Shown: in pieces, positions 61,747 to 64,000 of the stretch
Position numbering within the stretch: the stretch's first letter is position 1
Layout of the letters: each line of letters begins with the position of its first letter
Source: Antedon mediterranea
Lineage: Eukaryota > Animalia > Echinodermata
Length of the DNA stretch: 64,000 nucleotides
Reading direction: 5' to 3'
Assembly: GCF_964355755.1 (NCBI RefSeq)
Contig: NC_092670.1
Location: 5,508,201-5,572,200, forward strand
Notes under the pieces: generated by a model
What the model saw: the letters and a program-made list of their open reading frames with translations, nothing else
What the model was told of the DNA's origin: nothing
Database searches by the model: none
Program-made: the position numbers and the translations under genes

Positions 61747-63190
61747 TAAACTGCCAGTAGCATAAAATATAAATATTGGGCGCTTTCATTTGCTAATAAA
61801 ATTATTTATAATTGGTACTGTCAGAACTAAGCTGTCACTTTGTCGTTCACCTAAAAGAAATGACAACACAACAGGTCAGGTCAAGCAGGTTAGTTTCGCT
61901 AATTTTTTTTTTAAGAATTCCAAAACCAGATGAACATTTTTAATCAAGTAGAAATATAGTTTGAAATAATGTTTTATTTAGCTAAAACTTGTGTTCAGAA
62001 TTCAGGATATTTTTAAAAAAAATTATATGTTAAAAGTACTGTAAAATGTATATGTAGGCCTAATGTAAAAAAATAAAAACTATCTAATCAATATGTTTAA
62101 TTTTATTAATTATTATTATTTTTATTCTTTTTTTTATCATCTTAGATTAGGAGATGTCTGACTCACAAAAACATCATTCATCGGGAGGGACAAAACATAG
62201 GCCTACAAAATATGAGCTAAGAGACAACCAAGAAAAACAAGAGGACACTAGGAGGAAGGAAAAATGGAAACCACCAGACAAGAAAAGCTATATAGTACGG
62301 TAGTGATATGACATTATCATGTCCATTTATAGACGCATCACATTTGTCACATAATATTTGATTTATTAGACAGCTTAAGACTGCCAGTAGCATAAAATAG
62401 AAATGTTGGGAGCTTTCATTTGCTAATAACAGCGTGCGCATACGTTTTACGCCATTTATAATCGGTAACTGTCAGAACTAAGCTGATCGTTAAAGCCTGT
62501 TTTCCTCTCGACGTTAGTCGGCGCTATCGTAACAATAATCGGCGATCTTCGTTTGAAAATGATCAAGTTGAAATAATAACGATAGCGCAAACATTTGATT
62601 TCTAGCGTTGAACGTTGAACTTCTTTCTCGACGTCGTCGTAACGCGAATTCATCATGACGTTGAAATTGACTCGACGTGTAGCCTAGGCCTACTTAAAGT
62701 GTGATAATTTAATTATAAATCTCGCATTGAATTGATACGGTAACCATAAAGCAGAAACAGAAAAAGACAATAACAACAAGTAACACTTTCTATATTTTAT
62801 TTCTTTTTATTTAATAGTATAGGCCTATAGGCCTATATACTTTTATGTATCAGATACTGATAGTAAGTACGTTTTGACAAGTTCCAACTCACTTCGTAAA
62901 CCAGTGCAGATTTTGCCTTTGGCCTACCGTATTTATTTGAATAAATGCTTGACGCTATTTTTCAGAAATAAGGTTCTCGACGTCCGTACGTAACTAAAGT
63001 TTATCGTAATGCTTGCGCACGCGCATATCGAGTTGCTTGCAAAGTGGGCGGAGCTTGTGACTTTGCATGCTGGGAAATAGCGTTAAAGTTAATTCGTTCA
63101 ACGTGCGCGCTCCTCCTGCGAAAACTCCCTATATTCTACGCCGCGTCAAAAATTGATGTTTTTTTTAGAATGGTTTTGCCTATCCATGAC

Positions 63191-63794
63191 AATTGTTATT
63201 AATAGGACGTAGTTATGGGATGTTTCGTTCCAAAATCAATCAATCGAACTTTATAATGTAGGCCTACTAGCGCAATATTCTTTGCCGCAAGTACTTCTGT
63301 ACGCTGTGCACATCGATATTTCACCGTAAAATGTGCAATTACATTTTTTTAAATATAAGAAAAAGTTTAAAGTATTTTCTTTCTCCTATAGTTTACATGA
63401 ATTAACGGAGACAAGTTTGACACAAATTGATCTGCATATCACGTGACTATAATCCAATGTCGTAACTCTTTATACATGGCTGCTCTGCCTTCAAGCAGAG
63501 CCATATATATAAAGAGTTACGACATTGGATTTAAGTCACGTGATATGCAGATCAATTTGTGTCAAACTTGTCTCCGTTAATGCATGTAAAGTATAGGAGC
63601 AAGAAATTACTTTAAACTTTTTCTTATATTAAAAAAATGTAATTGCACATTTTACGGTGGAATATCGACGTGCACAGCGTACAGAACCACTTGCGCCAAA
63701 GAATATTGCGCGCGCGTACGCTAGTACATTATAACGTTCGATTGATTGATTTTGGAACAAAACATTCCATAACTACGTCCCATTAATAACAATT
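63191..63794. repeat. ~600-bp palindrome with ~300-bp arms and a 6-nt loop
   Basis: The arm at 63191-63488 is the reverse complement of 63495-63794 with scattered mismatches. Centre ctctgc-cttcaa-gcagag. Confidence 0.95.
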
Positions 63795-64000
63795 ATGTAA
63801 TATTTCAATTCATAATGCATGCTTTGACGACTAAATAAAATAATAAAGTGTCGTGGACATATTTGTTAATATATTGAATAGGTATGAACAATATTAAAAT
63901 AATAAAGGCAAATTATTACAAATGAAATGATGAACGAGTCTCTGAAAGTTTGTGTCAAAAACACACAGAGAGCCATATACTGTATAAAAAGAGGGGTGAA

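Overview
AT-rich, intron-containing animal genomic DNA. An invertebrate deuterostome such as an echinoderm is plausible, but that is inference. Host genes assembled by hand from GT-AG exons: (1) the 3' part of a KIAA0319/KIAA0319L (AAVR-like) membrane protein gene (+, to 5501); (2) a complete 13-coding-exon PI4KB gene (-, 11698-23011, ~860 aa); (3) head-to-head with it, an SLFNL1-type Schlafen-like gene (+, 27773-30904, ~400 aa: RRM-like, basic NLS-like patch, AlbA_2 nuclease, coiled coil, CaaX); (4) two tandem copies of a secreted mosaic gene, signal peptide/F-type lectin/kringle/LamG/PAN (-). The copy at 55909-61091 is intact but for one homopolymer frameshift. The copy at 43619-53991 is a pseudogene carrying a near full-length BEL/Pao LTR element. 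Between SLFNL1 and the lectin genes (~32.7-43.4 kb) lies a dense mosaic of fragments from eight unrelated transposon groups, all coded on the minus strand. This is the architecture expected of a unistrand, flamenco-like piRNA cluster and is the most striking observation. Many MITEs, LINE tails and a ~600-bp palindrome (63191-63794) are also present. No CRISPR array, rRNA or tRNA was recognised. TE family names come from recalled motifs, not database searches.
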